Positions 33,901 to 46,067 of a stretch of 64,000 nucleotides of DNA are shown piece by piece. The stretch is from Klebsormidium nitens. Its lineage: Eukaryota; Plantae; Klebsormidiophyceae. Each line of letters begins with the position of its first letter. Positions within the stretch are counted from its first letter, which is position 1. The translations under genes were made by a program, and so were the position numbers. The stretch covers positions 85,102-149,101 of the forward strand of contig DF237143.1 of NCBI GenBank assembly GCA_000708835.1, in the 5' to 3' direction. Below the pieces are notes generated by a model. It was not told the origin of the DNA. It worked only from the letters and a program-made list of their open reading frames with translations, and searched no databases.

Positions 33901-36900
33901 GGGCCCAGTTTACCGGACGTCAGGTAGCCGCGGACGGCTTGAACTAGGAGAGCGTCCGAAAGACGAGGCCTCTTCGGTTCGGGTGACGGGGCAACCGGTT
34001 GGCCCTTTTTGGGCTTTGGTTCGGGGACCGGGGGAGGGGGAGCGAGGGCGGCGGAGGCGGACTGCCTTAGAACCGGGTCTTCGCACTGCAAGCGGGAGCG
34101 AGTGTTGAGAAACTCGCGAAGTCGGTAAGAGCGGACTGTTTTGAAATGAAGGCTTGTTCAGAAAAGGCGAATAGCAGGCCCCTCGAAAGCGACTGTGTCA
34201 GTAAGCTGAGACAGATAGGTAGTAAAAGACCTTGCGCGTTTGGACCGAGTAAGGTCAAGCACAGCAAAGCTTGACCGCGGTGTGTAGCCTATTCCAGTTA
34301 AGTCTAAGCTTTATAATTCTCAAATATACCAGAATCACCAAAATTCGCCAAAGCTTGATTGACTGGAGGGGTTCACTTCTATCCTTCCATATGAAAATCA
34401 CAATGACCCGGCGAACGCAAGCCCACTTATCTCGCCTCAGGTTTTTGGAACATAATCCTGAATACGTCTGTCTTCAAAACCCGGGGAAGTTGTTCGCTCC
34501 TCACGGTCCCCCTTGACTCGCTTCTCTGTTGTTAATTTCCAATTTAATTTCAAGAGTTTTGATTTGAGACGTGAACTTGCCTACCTCTTCAAGGGCCCAC
34601 TTGATGACCGCGGGCACCGAAAGGACGTCGACGCCGTACTCCTGTGCGAGCGCGCGCGCAAGCGCGCTTTTTCCGGCCGCGGGGGGGCCGTGGAGCGACA
34701 CGCGAAGGGGGGCGAGGCCACGACGGTCCAGAAAGTCGCGGGCAAGCCTGGCCACGTAGGGAAGGGGACCGTCCTGTGTGGAGAAAATGGGGGAATGTTT
34801 GGAGAAAGATAGTGTGGGGAGTGTTCTTACTGAGCGATGAGAAGTGAGTCCTTCGAAGAATGTCCTTCTAGGGGAAGGGATAGAGAGATACTGTGCGAGA
34901 GACTGGCCACGCGGGAGGTCGCCGTCTTATGGAGCGAATATGGGGGGCTGACTCAGGAAAGCACGTTTTGAAGAACGTTCGGTGGAGGAGAGAAAAAAGG
35001 TCGGAAGATTGCGCCTCGGGAGATGGAGAAGAACCAGGTTGGCGCGGGGGGAGGGAGCCTTGTAAGGAGCGGGAAAGGATGGAGGTTTCTATTCGGAGAC
35101 CGAGCACTGCCACTGGATCAGTTCTTTGATGGGCTGGGCTCACGGAGCAAGAAAGGGCGTGTCTCACCTTAAAGCGCCACGTCATCTCCTCGAGGGGCGT
35201 CGCTTGCATCGGCAGGTTGAGGAGCAGGCTGGGCTCGACTCTCCTGTTGGACAGCCACATCTCCTCCACGGACATCCGCCGGACGTCCGCACCAAAGTGG
35301 GCAGCGACGCCCTGCACGGAAAGTCACGTCCGAAGTTCTTAGTTGTACAGTTCAGCTCTGACTCTGGATCTGGAGACGCAGGCACTGTTCTGAAAGCGAG
35401 CCGCAATTCAGGCAAAGACCTGTAAGGGTCAAGGCTCCTTATGGACGTAGTGGGCAAGCTGGGGTCCGTTTGCTATCATCAGAAGGCGTTTACCAGCCAT
35501 CCTAAGTACAGGTAGGCCACGAGAGGCTTCTGATTACATCTGGCCCCCTAAGACAAAGCGATCCGTGGCGTCGTCCTTTGCTAGCCAGCTGACTGAGAAT
35601 CAGGCGAAAAGCGCAAATGCATCATACGAATGCTGTCGACCTCATCATAGTATTTGATAGGGGAAAGGAGATGACATGAGCGACTCACAGGATGTTTAGA
35701 AAGGACATCTCAATGGGCACAGAGGAGATGGAAGAGCTGGACTGCTGGCTCGATAAGTAACAACACGCCAGGATGACTCGTGAAGGCGAAAGCAAGAGAC
35801 AGCAGGTGTGGAATGGAAACAAATCTGGAGCATAGTCACAGAAGAAGACAAAAAATGGGATCACGAGGGAGAGCTTGCCGTACTTCGACCAATGCTTGCT
35901 GCGTGCAGCGCGCCTCGTCCACAGCCAACAGGTGCTGCTGAGGTGGCAGTGTGACTGCCACGTGTTTGATGAAGGTCGCCAGGTCGGACACGTGTATGGT
36001 TGGCAGGACGTTGTCTCCGAAGCCGTACACAGTGGGACCCTCCCCTGACCAGGAGTCCTGCGTTTAGAAACAGTATCTGTCTGCCGGCTGATCTTCCTTG
36101 GAGCCTCCGGTGGCTGTAGCTCTCAATGGTATTTTGCATATGTGCATGGGTACCCGTGTTGATATATCTGACAAGTTTAATCTCTCTTGCTGGTCACAAT
36201 TTCCTTATGGTACCTTTTCTCTCGCAACGGACCCAAAAGCCGGCTTGCCGAAATTGCGTTCACACACAACGAGAACGTGCAGATCAAAGTGCATCAGAGG
36301 CCAGCAAGAATGTGACGCTGCGCTGCTTGCTTGCATTTGCATTACTGCCCCCTTAAGGACCTTTCGAAAAGTTTGTCAGCCACTCTCACACCCCCGTAAA
36401 AAGCGGTATCTTACCCGGAACACACTCTCCAAGGCCCTTTCTCCTCCTCCATACTGAACCCCGGGCCAGACGACGTACGTCCTAAGCAGGCCCTGTTTCT
36501 GTGCTCGTGTGACCCTTCTCTCAGCTTCTAGAAGGTCGCCGTATTGGGGATGGGGCCTTCTCCGCGGCTCGTCCGCTGTAGAGCATGGCTCTTCCATATC
36601 CACGCGCAAGCGAGCCCATGTCAAGATGTCGGAGACGGCAATGAAGACTGTCTCCTTTCCTTGGGGGCCAGCTTTCAAGACTGGGGAAATTCGAAAAGAT
36701 TTTTTCAGAGTGCAGTGGCCATACTACAAACAATGCTTTGGGCTTTGAGTATAGGCCTGTTGCCTGTGATGCTTTTGCGCGACTCTGTGGTGGTGGTTTG
36801 TGGTTCTTCGGCGTCAGTTTCTGAGTTGACCCAAGCTCATGAAGGTCGAAGTTGGCTTTACTGAAAGAGCCACAGATGCAAATGTTTGCACGTTCTGTGC

Positions 36901-37548
36901 ACCACTTCTCTAGTGCACTGATTGTTCCAACCAGTATGAAAGCTGCAACTGTCCAGGTCAAAGAGACAGAAGCCTTTGTTTGATTGCAAAGCACACTTCA
37001 TGCATATTTGCCATGCTTGCGGACACTGTTCTCTTGCCAGCTGTCAAAAGTAAGTCGTCAGAAAGTGTAAGGGTGGGGCAGCTCTTATGCCGGGCCTTCA
37101 AGCCCGTACACCAACAGCCCCTGGTAAACAACCACCCATTAAAGCTACATTGACAACGGCCATCAGCTTTTGGCCAACTCGCCATGCATCCTTATTGCTA
37201 AAGTTACGCAGCCTATACTTTTGTGCTATGTACACCATTCGAATGCCAAGACGCACCTCGAAGGACGTCAGCAAATTCTTCTCTTTCGCTCTCAGTCTGC
37301 CTGAGCTGATGAAGGATGATGTCAGCACCCCTGAGTGCTCGCAGCTCTTCGTCATTGAAACGTGCCTCCGCGGTATCTAGATTCACGGCGGCTGTATTTG
37401 GCAAGCTCTGCAGAGTCTGTTGAGGTTCAGTGAATGTGGAAGAAGGGAACACGACCTGTAGGTCAAATTCGCTGCCAGCTCTTAGCTCTTCTAAGAGGCA
37501 GTCGTGGAGAGGCTGCTCAAAGGCGCCCCACAGCATGAGGGACTTCAT
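30970..37548 (-). CDS. AK7: Adenylate kinase 7-like (NAD-binding-like N-terminus, AK P-loop, C-terminal Dpy-30 motif), about 918 aa, 10 exons
   Basis: Exons 37548-37257, 36680-36415, 36057-35884, 35311-35168, 34773-34585, 34085-33827, 33680-32566, 31976-31887, 31590-31426, 31032-30970; 2757 nt, phase-consistent. Motifs TYVVWPGVQYG, GDNVLPTIHVSDLA, P-loop GPPAAGKS, GFILDGFPKT and Dpy-30-like WLASTVMPAVLQAMLHAARARADDPAEAMARHL. Confidence 0.88.
32990..33156 (-). repeat. In-frame 27-bp (9-aa) tandem repeat, about 6 copies, inside AK7 exon
   Basis: SDRNTHSAG SDRPNRSAG SDRNTVSAG SDKIGSVG SERNIGSAG SDRNTRSAG. Confidence 0.85.
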
Positions 37549-38904
37549 GGTTGCCTTCTATCGGATCCTACCGATGGTAGTACTAGAAGGCGCTAAAAAT
37601 TGGCCTCTGCATGAGCTTTCTGGAGCTTTGAAGCTTGCGGCTTCGACTTCAAGAAGCTTGCGGGAAGACAAGCGAGCCAAAACGAGTGAAGCAGTTCTCA
37701 GTCTGGATTTTCAGTCATCTGCGCGAAAGATGGTTGTCCCAACGAAAGGTCTTTTGTGCGCGCGAGCAATGTAGACTGTTCTGGCCGTCCGATGAAAACT
37801 TTTGTAGCATCTGAACGGCAGAGATTGACCGTGCGGTTAGTGATTGTATAGCTCACTCGCGCAGGCAGGCTGATTTGCTGCGGAGAAGAATGTTGCCTTG
37901 CGCTAGCTAGTTGAATTATCCATCCAAGAATTTAGAAAGCCCATATTATTCAAATTCGTGTGGCGCTCTTCTGAGTTACGGGCCAAGGTGACGGAGGAAA
38001 GAGCACCTTGTTTTCGTGCATGTTCATGCATTGCTGGGGTTGCTGCGCTGAAGCAGACTCTGCGCAGCATGGATTGTCACCAATTTTGGGATTGAGCAGT
38101 GGTTGCTACTTTATTTGCAATGCCTAGCCGTGCGCTTTGGATCGTGACAGACACTCGCGCCATGGCCCTGGGCATGTAGCAATGATGGTCCAAGAAGGAA
38201 GACTGAGCCAACGTGCATTGTGACTGTTGGTGCTTCTTGCCTTTGGATCTAGCCCATGCGGGTATCCTTGAGAAAGCCTCATATAGCGGGAATCACGGTG
38301 TTGAAGCCAATTGAGCACCAAGGTAAGCATTGCAAAAGCGTGCTCCCGAGATCAAGTTTCTAGGGTGTAAAGATGACCTAATGCCCCCACATTGCCTTGT
38401 TCAAGTTGCAATTATTGATTAGTCTTTTGGGGCCGTGACTCTTTCTGATAATGATCAACCTCATAAGCTGGAGCGCTGGATACAAAGCACGAAACTCCAG
38501 ACCAATCGACAAGCTATGGCCGTCATATCAGGGGTTTTCTAGGGTTTCTGCCCTGTCTTTGTTGAAAAGCTCCTGTTCTTATCTTCTTCTACATGTGTCA
38601 TTGTATGTAGCTTAGGACTGTGTTCGTTTTTACTACCTTCCATGCAAGGCGCACTTGGCTTGCTTATAGCCACACCACCTTCTCAACTGCGCTCTCAGAA
38701 GTGAACTCAACTTTGTAGTGCAGGAAACCGGTGGCCAAAGCGACAAGCCAGGATGTTCGCCGCCACTCAGGAGGTAAGAGTGATGGGACAGAATCGTGCC
38801 AACTCCTATGTGGGAGGTGCTGCTTGCAATAAGCATAGATGCTTCCAAGGCTGGTAGCGCCTTGCTCGAATGAGGGAGCGCTCCTCAATGCATCTGCAGC
38901 CAAC

Positions 38905-41900
38905 ATGGCATGCAGAGTGAGGTTTTTTCATGCAGAAAAGAAGGACTACAGGCATCGATTCTTGCTAGTCATCCAGGAAGAAGGGGCTTGGATCATTTGA
39001 TCGAACCTCGCCTAGCTTCTGATTGGCCCCCATGTTGCAATCTGCTCAAGCTTTTCTGGACAGTACTTTGCCATCTTGCTCAAACAAGGTTGACACCGCT
39101 TGCAGATTTTTAGGGCACAGCAGTACCTCAGGAAGTGGGTTGGAAAGGCTGCCCCGCAAGCTGGGAGTAATGATTCTCCTAGCAGCCGAGGCAAGTTCCC
39201 CTATGATCTCACAATGGTCGTTTTGAGAAAATTCAATTCAACGTTCTTCGATGCAGCACCTTCACCAGTTCGTCCTTGTTCAAATGTAAAGACCCTACCG
39301 AAGCAAGGATAATGCATCTAAAAGTCGCCGTTCTGCCAATCTTGATCCCCTTGTTTCTGTCTTTTCCGTTGGAAATTGGTAGGACGAGCGAAGGACGGCT
39401 GCGCACTCCTCTTCCTTGAGCTGTTGTAGGACTTTTAAGGACTTTCTTGTGTGTCGTTTGCTGAAGAAACGTTTTCAATATAAGACTGCCTAGGTCAACT
39501 CAAAAATAAAAGAAAAAGGTATTCCGGCACAGCTGCAAAGCAGACTGAGCTGACTGGCCTGTAACGCCCGTGCTGGCAAACTTAAACATGCATAGGGTAT
39601 GTGGCCCACGAGGTCCTATGCGCAAGGCTCATGAGGGCCATGCTAATATATGCTTGGTCCTTTCCAGGCGCCCTCGGCAGTCCCAAGAAAGAGGGCACTA
39701 CAAGCCCCACAAGCGCAGAAGCGCAGAGCCGATGGGATAACGATCAAGGTAAGGGCCATATCAGTGTTTCGCTTTCGGTTGTAGTTGGTTGCATTTGCTG
39801 GACGGGTTCATTTTCCAACTGAAGCTGACTATCCTACGGGGCTTTGAATAGCTGTGTTCGGCCAGCGTCTACAATGTTCGCTCACTCCCCTCTCCTTCAA
39901 GAAGTTGGGAGGAATCTGCAAAATGTTTCATTCCAATATCCAATCCCTCCCAGTAGCCTAAGGGCAGCTTTATTAGGAGTGCATTCTAAACGGATTCGAC
40001 CCGCCAATCTGCACAAGAGAAGAGAGCCCGCGCACGGTCTGCGGCGCAAGTCATCCGGGGGGGTGGCTTCTTTTTGGACCCATTTGCGAAACCCTACTTC
40101 TTCCAAACCTTTTCTGCCAATCTCTCTGGACTCTCCTACCAGCTTAAACAGCCCTTCTATTCTATAAACGAAGTCAAAACAAAACGGTCATTTTGTGCAG
40201 AGGAAGAGAGCCCCCGCACACTCCTGCGGCGCAAGGTCATCCGCGGGGAGCTCCGCGAGCTGCGCAGCGAGTTCACCGACACGTTGGACCTCTCCATCCA
40301 CGTGGCCACGTGGAATGTCAACGGTCGCCGCCCGCCAGACGGCCTCGAGCTGGACGAATTGCTGGACGTCGAGAACCCTGCAGACATCTACGTTGTCGGG
40401 TTCCAGGTGCGTCCTTTGATACTAAAGGTACAGGGGGTTCTGGCAAACCTGCAAGCACGGACCGGAAAAATTTTTTCAGCGTGCGAGTCTGGGCGGTTCA
40501 GTTGCTACCAAAGTCGCCTCAATTGAGGCGCCAGATTGGAAATATAGATGGGAACAGGGGTCAAATTGCTGAAAACTGCAGTGTCGTGCTTACTGGGGCT
40601 TGCAGTTGAAGATTCCGAAACGGGGAGCGTCTCAATCTCTGTCTCGCTCCTTCTCGTCTCTGTGGGTCCGGGTCGTTTATGTGCAAGCAATGCTGTGAAG
40701 CTAGGAGCTGACAGTAAGAATTTGCTTCTACGAAGCGCCAACAAAGCTTTGCCTCCGCTGTTCAGGAGATCGTCCCGCTGAACGCAAACAGCGTCCTCAT
40801 TGGCGACATGGGCGAGGCCGCCGCTCGCTGGGAAGCCTTGATCCACGAAACGCTGGTCGCCTATCCGGCCGACAAAGAGAGTGGCGGCATGGAAGCACAG
40901 AAGAACGCGGACGAAAAGCTACGGGGGCAGGAGCCTGGAGGAGATCTTCCTGAGGGGGGCCCGGACTCTGAGGCTGCGGATGACGCGCAAAGGGGTGATG
41001 ATGAGAGAGGAGTAGAGAACGAGGAAAAGAAAGGGGGTGGCGCGAAAGCTGGCGCGGAGATCAGCCGGGGGGAGGACGGGCGTGGGAATGATGCAGCTGA
41101 GCGAAGCAGCGGGGGTTTGCCGAATGGAGGGTCAGAGACGGGGGGAACGGAAAGTGCCGTGGGAACTGGACCGGAAGCCGACGGAACGAGCGTCGACTCG
41201 ACGGATCTGATCGAGACTCTGGAGGCGGACTGGCATGCGGATGCTAGCGCCAAGGAGAAGCTAGATCGGGTGGAGGGTGAGCGGGATCTCCGGGCGGCGA
41301 ACGGAGCGACGCGGCGGTACGTGCAGGTGGCGTCGAAGCAAATGGTCGGCGTACACGTGTGCGTGTGGGTGCGGAAGGAGATACGCAAGCACGTGCGGTC
41401 GGTGCAGACGTCAGCAGTGGGCGTCGGGTTGCTTGGCGTGTTGGGGAACAAGGGCTCCGTTTCCGTCTCGCTTTTGCTGCACGAGAGCACGCTGTGTTTC
41501 GTCTGCTCGCACCTGACTTCAGGGGACGCGGAGGGGGACGAGTCGCGGCGGTCGGGTGACGTCAGCGAGATCACGCGGCGGACGTACTTCACGCGGAGCC
41601 TCGCGGAGCAGCAGCAGAACCTGCCGGCGACGATCGGGGAGCACGACCAGCGAATCTGGTTAGGGGACCTTAACTACCGGATCGCCCTGCCGGACGAGGA
41701 GGTTAGGGAGGCGGTTAAGAAGCAGGATTGGGAAACGTTGGTGGAGTCCGATCAGTTGCGGCTCGAGCAGAATGCGAAGCAAGTGTTTGTGGATTGGCAG
41801 GAGGGGAAGATCGACTTTGCGCCGACGTATAAGTATTGCCCCGGGACGGATAGGTATGTGGGCACGGATCCAATAGCGGAAGGGGAGAAACGTAGGACGC

Positions 41901-44900
41901 CGGCCTGGTGCGACAGAGTTCTATGGAAGGGAGACTATTTGACGCAGCTCAAGTATGGGCGAGCCGGTGAGTACATCTGCCAAGCTTCTCGTTGTCGCAC
42001 AGGTTTCTTACAGCCGGTATTTTAAGGACGATAGGAGGTGGTGACATGCGAACTGCTGACATGCAACTCTGCTCTCCAAACAAAGCAACGTCCCTCGTTA
42101 ACGTGACAAGGCCGCCCTTTGCTTGGAGAAAAACATCAGTCTTATCTCAAATTTTGTTACAAAATCTTTTAAGTGTCGGGTTATGGCCTCTATGCAACGA
42201 AGAAAAGGGCCGAATGTTCTTGGGCTTTTTGGTTTGCTACAACCAATAGCAGATGGTTTAAAGCTTGTTGTGGTCGCGAAGCGTTTCCTGGAGATGTGTT
42301 TTACCTCCATTCGAGACTTCTAGAAAGAGCAGCGAAGATGTCAGACGCTGAAGGAGCTGGTAGCTTAACGGCTTTACCGGTGATTGAGACACAAGCCTGG
42401 GATATCGGCAAAAACCCTTACCCAAATCTGCCCACTTCTTTTCAGCTTTCGGCTAATTGTACGGCGTGTTGCTTCGATAACTTGAGATGAGACCCTGGTA
42501 GCTTCCCTTGTCTGGCAGTCGTCTCCGCTTGCAAATATCCTTTTGTTGTGAGCACCGATCGAAAGTTTCGTCAGCGCGTGGACGTCAGCTTGACTTGGGG
42601 ACTAAACACCACACGTGCTCGTTTCGTGCGTGCCATCTGATCTGGTGGCATACTTCTCGTCCCTGTGCAAGGCCTGAAAGTCCTTACACCTGCAGCTTCC
42701 TTCCTGCCGCCATGAATTCTTGCTTTGGAGCGGTGCAAGATGTTGGACAGTGTGGTTTGCATTCCGCACGATGTCCGGGCTACGAGCTTCAAGTCTTGGC
42801 GCTTCTTGTGAAAGCTCGTTTCCTTCCCCTCCTTCCCCCAGAGCTGAGGACTGGGGACCACCGGCCTGTCAAGGCGCGCTTCGCGACCAAAGCTGACGTC
42901 ATCGTCCCTGAGAAGCTGGAGGCGCTCCTGGCCAAGCTACGGGCCAAGGCGGACGCGGACGAGATGAACAGCCGGCCCGTGTGCAGCCTCTCCCCGCAGG
43001 TCAGACTTTGCCTATTCAGGGACCTAGTTATCAAGACAGTCAGTAGGCACGCTCTTGGGTCCGGCAAGAAAACTTTGAAAGCGTCGATCGATGGGGGCTG
43101 CCCCCAACTTAGCCCTCCGCATCGAACGATGGGGTTTACATATGATTCCCTCTGCCAACCCCAGATGCGGGCCCTGAATGTTCTCTGCGACAGCTCCGGG
43201 TGAATCAAAGTGAGGGCGTCGCCACCATTTTGAATTTTCGCTTTGACGCTTTTGTACACTTGACGAGCAGAAGGACGAGTGTCTCAGAACGCCTGAAACG
43301 TGCAAAGTGACTGAATACATTCGTGATGCTCGTTTGCCATGGTCCTTCAATTAGCGGACGGAATAGACAGCCGGCCCGTCTGCAACCTGTTCCCGCAGGT
43401 CTGTTTGTCGTGTGATTTGTGACTTCGTGTCTGTACATCCCGTTCTTGATCGTCTGGTGTCCGTCTGGTGTGATCTTAGTAGCAGCGAACGAGATGCCCA
43501 GCCGGCCCGTCTGCAGCCTCTTCCAGCACGTCAGTTAGGACCGAGTGTCTTTGACCAATATCAAGCAAGGTCGACGCTTCTTTCAAATCCGGCTCGAAAT
43601 ATAATGTCATCAAAGACTGGTCCACTGCCCCTTTCTTACTTGCTTGCTTCCGTCCTCTATCGCACAAGGTACCCTTTTGATTCTCTGCGATCCTGCATGT
43701 CCGCTTTGATGTCCTCGGCATTCCATTGAAACCGCACGACCCGCAGAGAACTCGTTCTAACCAGGAATTCCCGTCCCTAGTCTCGGAAGCAGATCTCCTT
43801 CCCCTTCTTGCAGATTGTACACTTAGGCGACATCCGATACGGCGTCCCCACCCCCCCACAGCCCCTCCAAATCCACAACAACGGTGCCGTGCGAGCCGAA
43901 TTCGCTTTCGTCGACGTGGGGGGTAGCGGGCCGCCCTGCCCGCCCTGGCTGACGGTCACCCCCCTGAAAGGAGAAGTTGCGGCCGGGGAGGTTCTAGAGG
44001 TTTCCGTGTCCGCACGAGTCGACTCTGCAAGTGTTGACGTCGAGGCAGTGATCGAACGGGAAAACGCGTTGGAGGGTATTCTGGTGTTGCGCGTGCATGG
44101 CGGGGGGGATCACTTCGTTTCGGTGACGGGAAATTATTTGCCGTCGAGCTGGGGGTTACGGTTAACCAAGCTGGCGGCGTTCTCAGAACCGGTTCGGGGT
44201 CTGACCCGTGTGGATCTGGGCAGGGTTGGCGATAATGACGGCGAGGTTAAGAACGCGGTTACGGGGCAGGTTAGCAAGGAGGTAGCGATGGGGCAGACTG
44301 TGCCCAAGGAGGTGATCCGGTTGTTAGACCATTTAATGCAGCCGGAACAAGCGGGCGGTGCGGATTCAATGGCGACCAAAGACGGGGATGCCGCAAAGGG
44401 GAGGTCGCCGGAAAACGGAGAAGAAGCAGAAGATCCCGAGGCGGCTCAGGCAGCGGTCAGAGAGAGCCTCGATACAGGTGCGGTGTTTCTTTGAGCGTGT
44501 ACAAGCCCTTTCTTCTAACTTTCGTCCCGGCTGAATTTCGCAGACCCGTCTTTGCTCGGCGCTCCTTTTCTCACTTCTGCTCACGTTGCGACCACTCACA
44601 AGAGAACTCTCAAGCCATCGTCCGGTGCTCTTTCCCTGACGAAAGTGAGGGAAGACATATCCTTCACCCTTCCCTTTTCCTACCGGGCACCAACGGGCTC
44701 ACCATCTGACCATGTCTTCTCCTTCCTTTGCTAAATGCAGAGTTGACACCGACCTTTCCTTTCCCCCAAGTTTTGATTCCTCGCCAGGCATCAACGGCCG
44801 GACCGTCCTGGCCGCGCTCTTGTTCTCCAAGTGAACTTGAGGAATTTTCCTTCAACTCTCACTTAACACGAGGACATGATTGAAATGATTGGCGACTCAG

Positions 44901-46067
44901 TACATTGAGTACGGAAAAAGTAGTCTTTACCTGCCACTAGCCAAGTTCAATTCCAGATCCCTCCGCCCCTAATACTTTTACTGAACATTTCCTTTTCCCA
45001 GGTGCCGCTTTTCGCCGGGCACCGTCCTGGTGGCACTTTTCATTTTAGTCAAAGCGAAGCCAAACTGAACCGTCCCTTCACTCAGTCGCTGACTATTCCC
45101 CGGGCACCTAAGGTTCTAGGGTTTTGAGGGTTGGTAGGCAAGAATATGACCGAATTGTTCCAACCCCCCAGGTGCCGACTTTCCCCCGGGCACCAGCGGC
45201 CGCACCGCCTTGGCCGCGCTCTTCTCCTTCCTGGCGGCCCTGCCCGAGCCGCTCCTCTCGAAGAGCATCCTGACGGCGATCGAGGCCGACTTTGCGACCG
45301 CAAAGCGCGAAGCGGTGGTCCTCGTCGAACAGGGGCTTGTGCCGTCCCATTATGGCATGTACGAGCTGCTGATGACGTCGTTCGCGGAGCTGCTGAACCG
45401 GGGGGCCGAAAAGGGACTGTCGAGCCAAGCGCTGGGTGAGCGCTTCTCTCTTGAATTCCAGGTTGTTCTATGCGCGTGACTGTTCGCTAGTTCCATTGGC
45501 AATGCTCTCTTGTCAGTTGTGTAAACAATCAGCGTTTGGGACTCCGGATTTTAGCCCGGCGCTCTCTGGCCCCTCTTCGAATCGCGGAGATTGCGGAAAG
45601 CGTTGAATGTGGCCTTACTTGCTGACGCGAGAACTTAGGTAGCGCGAGAATCTTGGTAGCGTCGTTGTAAGGAAGGGGGTATCAGCCCCCAAAATTCTGG
45701 ATGAGTTTCCAGGGGGCCTGAGACTTGGCGCTTTGGAGGCGTGCAAATCTGGCACCCTTTGTACGGCGAATCTCGGTGGCTGAATGCTCCTTTCCCGGAC
45801 CAGTCTCACCGTCTCACCTTAAATCATGCATATGTCGTCAGAAGATCAGAGCCGGAAACCTTGCGTGCGTCCCATAAATCCTTGCTGCATCGCTGTCCCA
45901 CATACTTGGTCAACCGCCTCGCATTGCTCACGGGAGTCGGCACTTGTTTTGCAGCTTCGGAGCTTGCTGACGTCATCTTTGGAAGAAGCGGAGTCAAGGA
46001 GGACAAACGGAGGAAGCAGAGAGTCCAATTCGTTAAGCAACTGCTGGACGACAGGACCAACTTGTGA
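38905..46067 (+). CDS. OCRL/INPP5B-like inositol polyphosphate 5-phosphatase with ASH and RhoGAP-like domains, about 927 aa, 9 exons
   Basis: Exons 38905-38916, 39106-39190 (GC donor), 39668-39748, 40201-40406, 40766-41966, 42842-42999, 43814-44477, 45172-45435, 45955-46067; 2784 nt. The first three exons are less certain. 5-phosphatase motifs [44 protein letters not shown]-like [27 protein letters not shown]. RhoGAP-like [12 protein letters not shown] and [14 protein letters not shown]. Confidence 0.9.
42180..42269 (+). pseudogene. nad1: NUMT: mitochondrial nad1 fragment in intron
   Basis: [29 protein letters not shown], the conserved N-terminal region of NADH dehydrogenase subunit 1. AT-rich, organelle-like codons. 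Confidence 0.9.
42272..42400 (+). pseudogene. atp1: NUMT: mitochondrial atp1 fragment fused directly to the nad1 fragment
   Basis: [45 protein letters not shown] and [12 protein letters not shown] are mitochondrial-type; plastid atpA has AYP and GSMTALPIVETQ. Confidence 0.9.
43354..43534 (+). repeat. Two degenerate intronic copies of the 3' end and donor of the preceding exon
   Basis: 43367-43401 matches the exon end at 31/35 nt. 43485-43534 matches 42955-43004 at 43/50 nt. Confidence 0.85.
44683..45108 (+). repeat. Four degenerate intronic copies of the acceptor/5' end of the following exon
   Basis: 44683-44727, 44784-44821 (32/38 to 45186-45223), 44997-45023 (includes CCAGGTGCCG) and 45091-45108 all resemble 45167-45235 CCAG|GTGCCGACTTTCCCCCGGGCACCAGCGGCCGCACCGCCTTGGCCGCGCTCTTCTCC. 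Confidence 0.8.

Noticed and set aside
40861-41592. 243-aa minus ORF, and similar long antisense ORFs over ICL (28785-29279), AK7 (32636-33799) and GYRA (23652-24408)
   Set aside because: They lie opposite clearly identified coding exons; GC-rich codon shadows.
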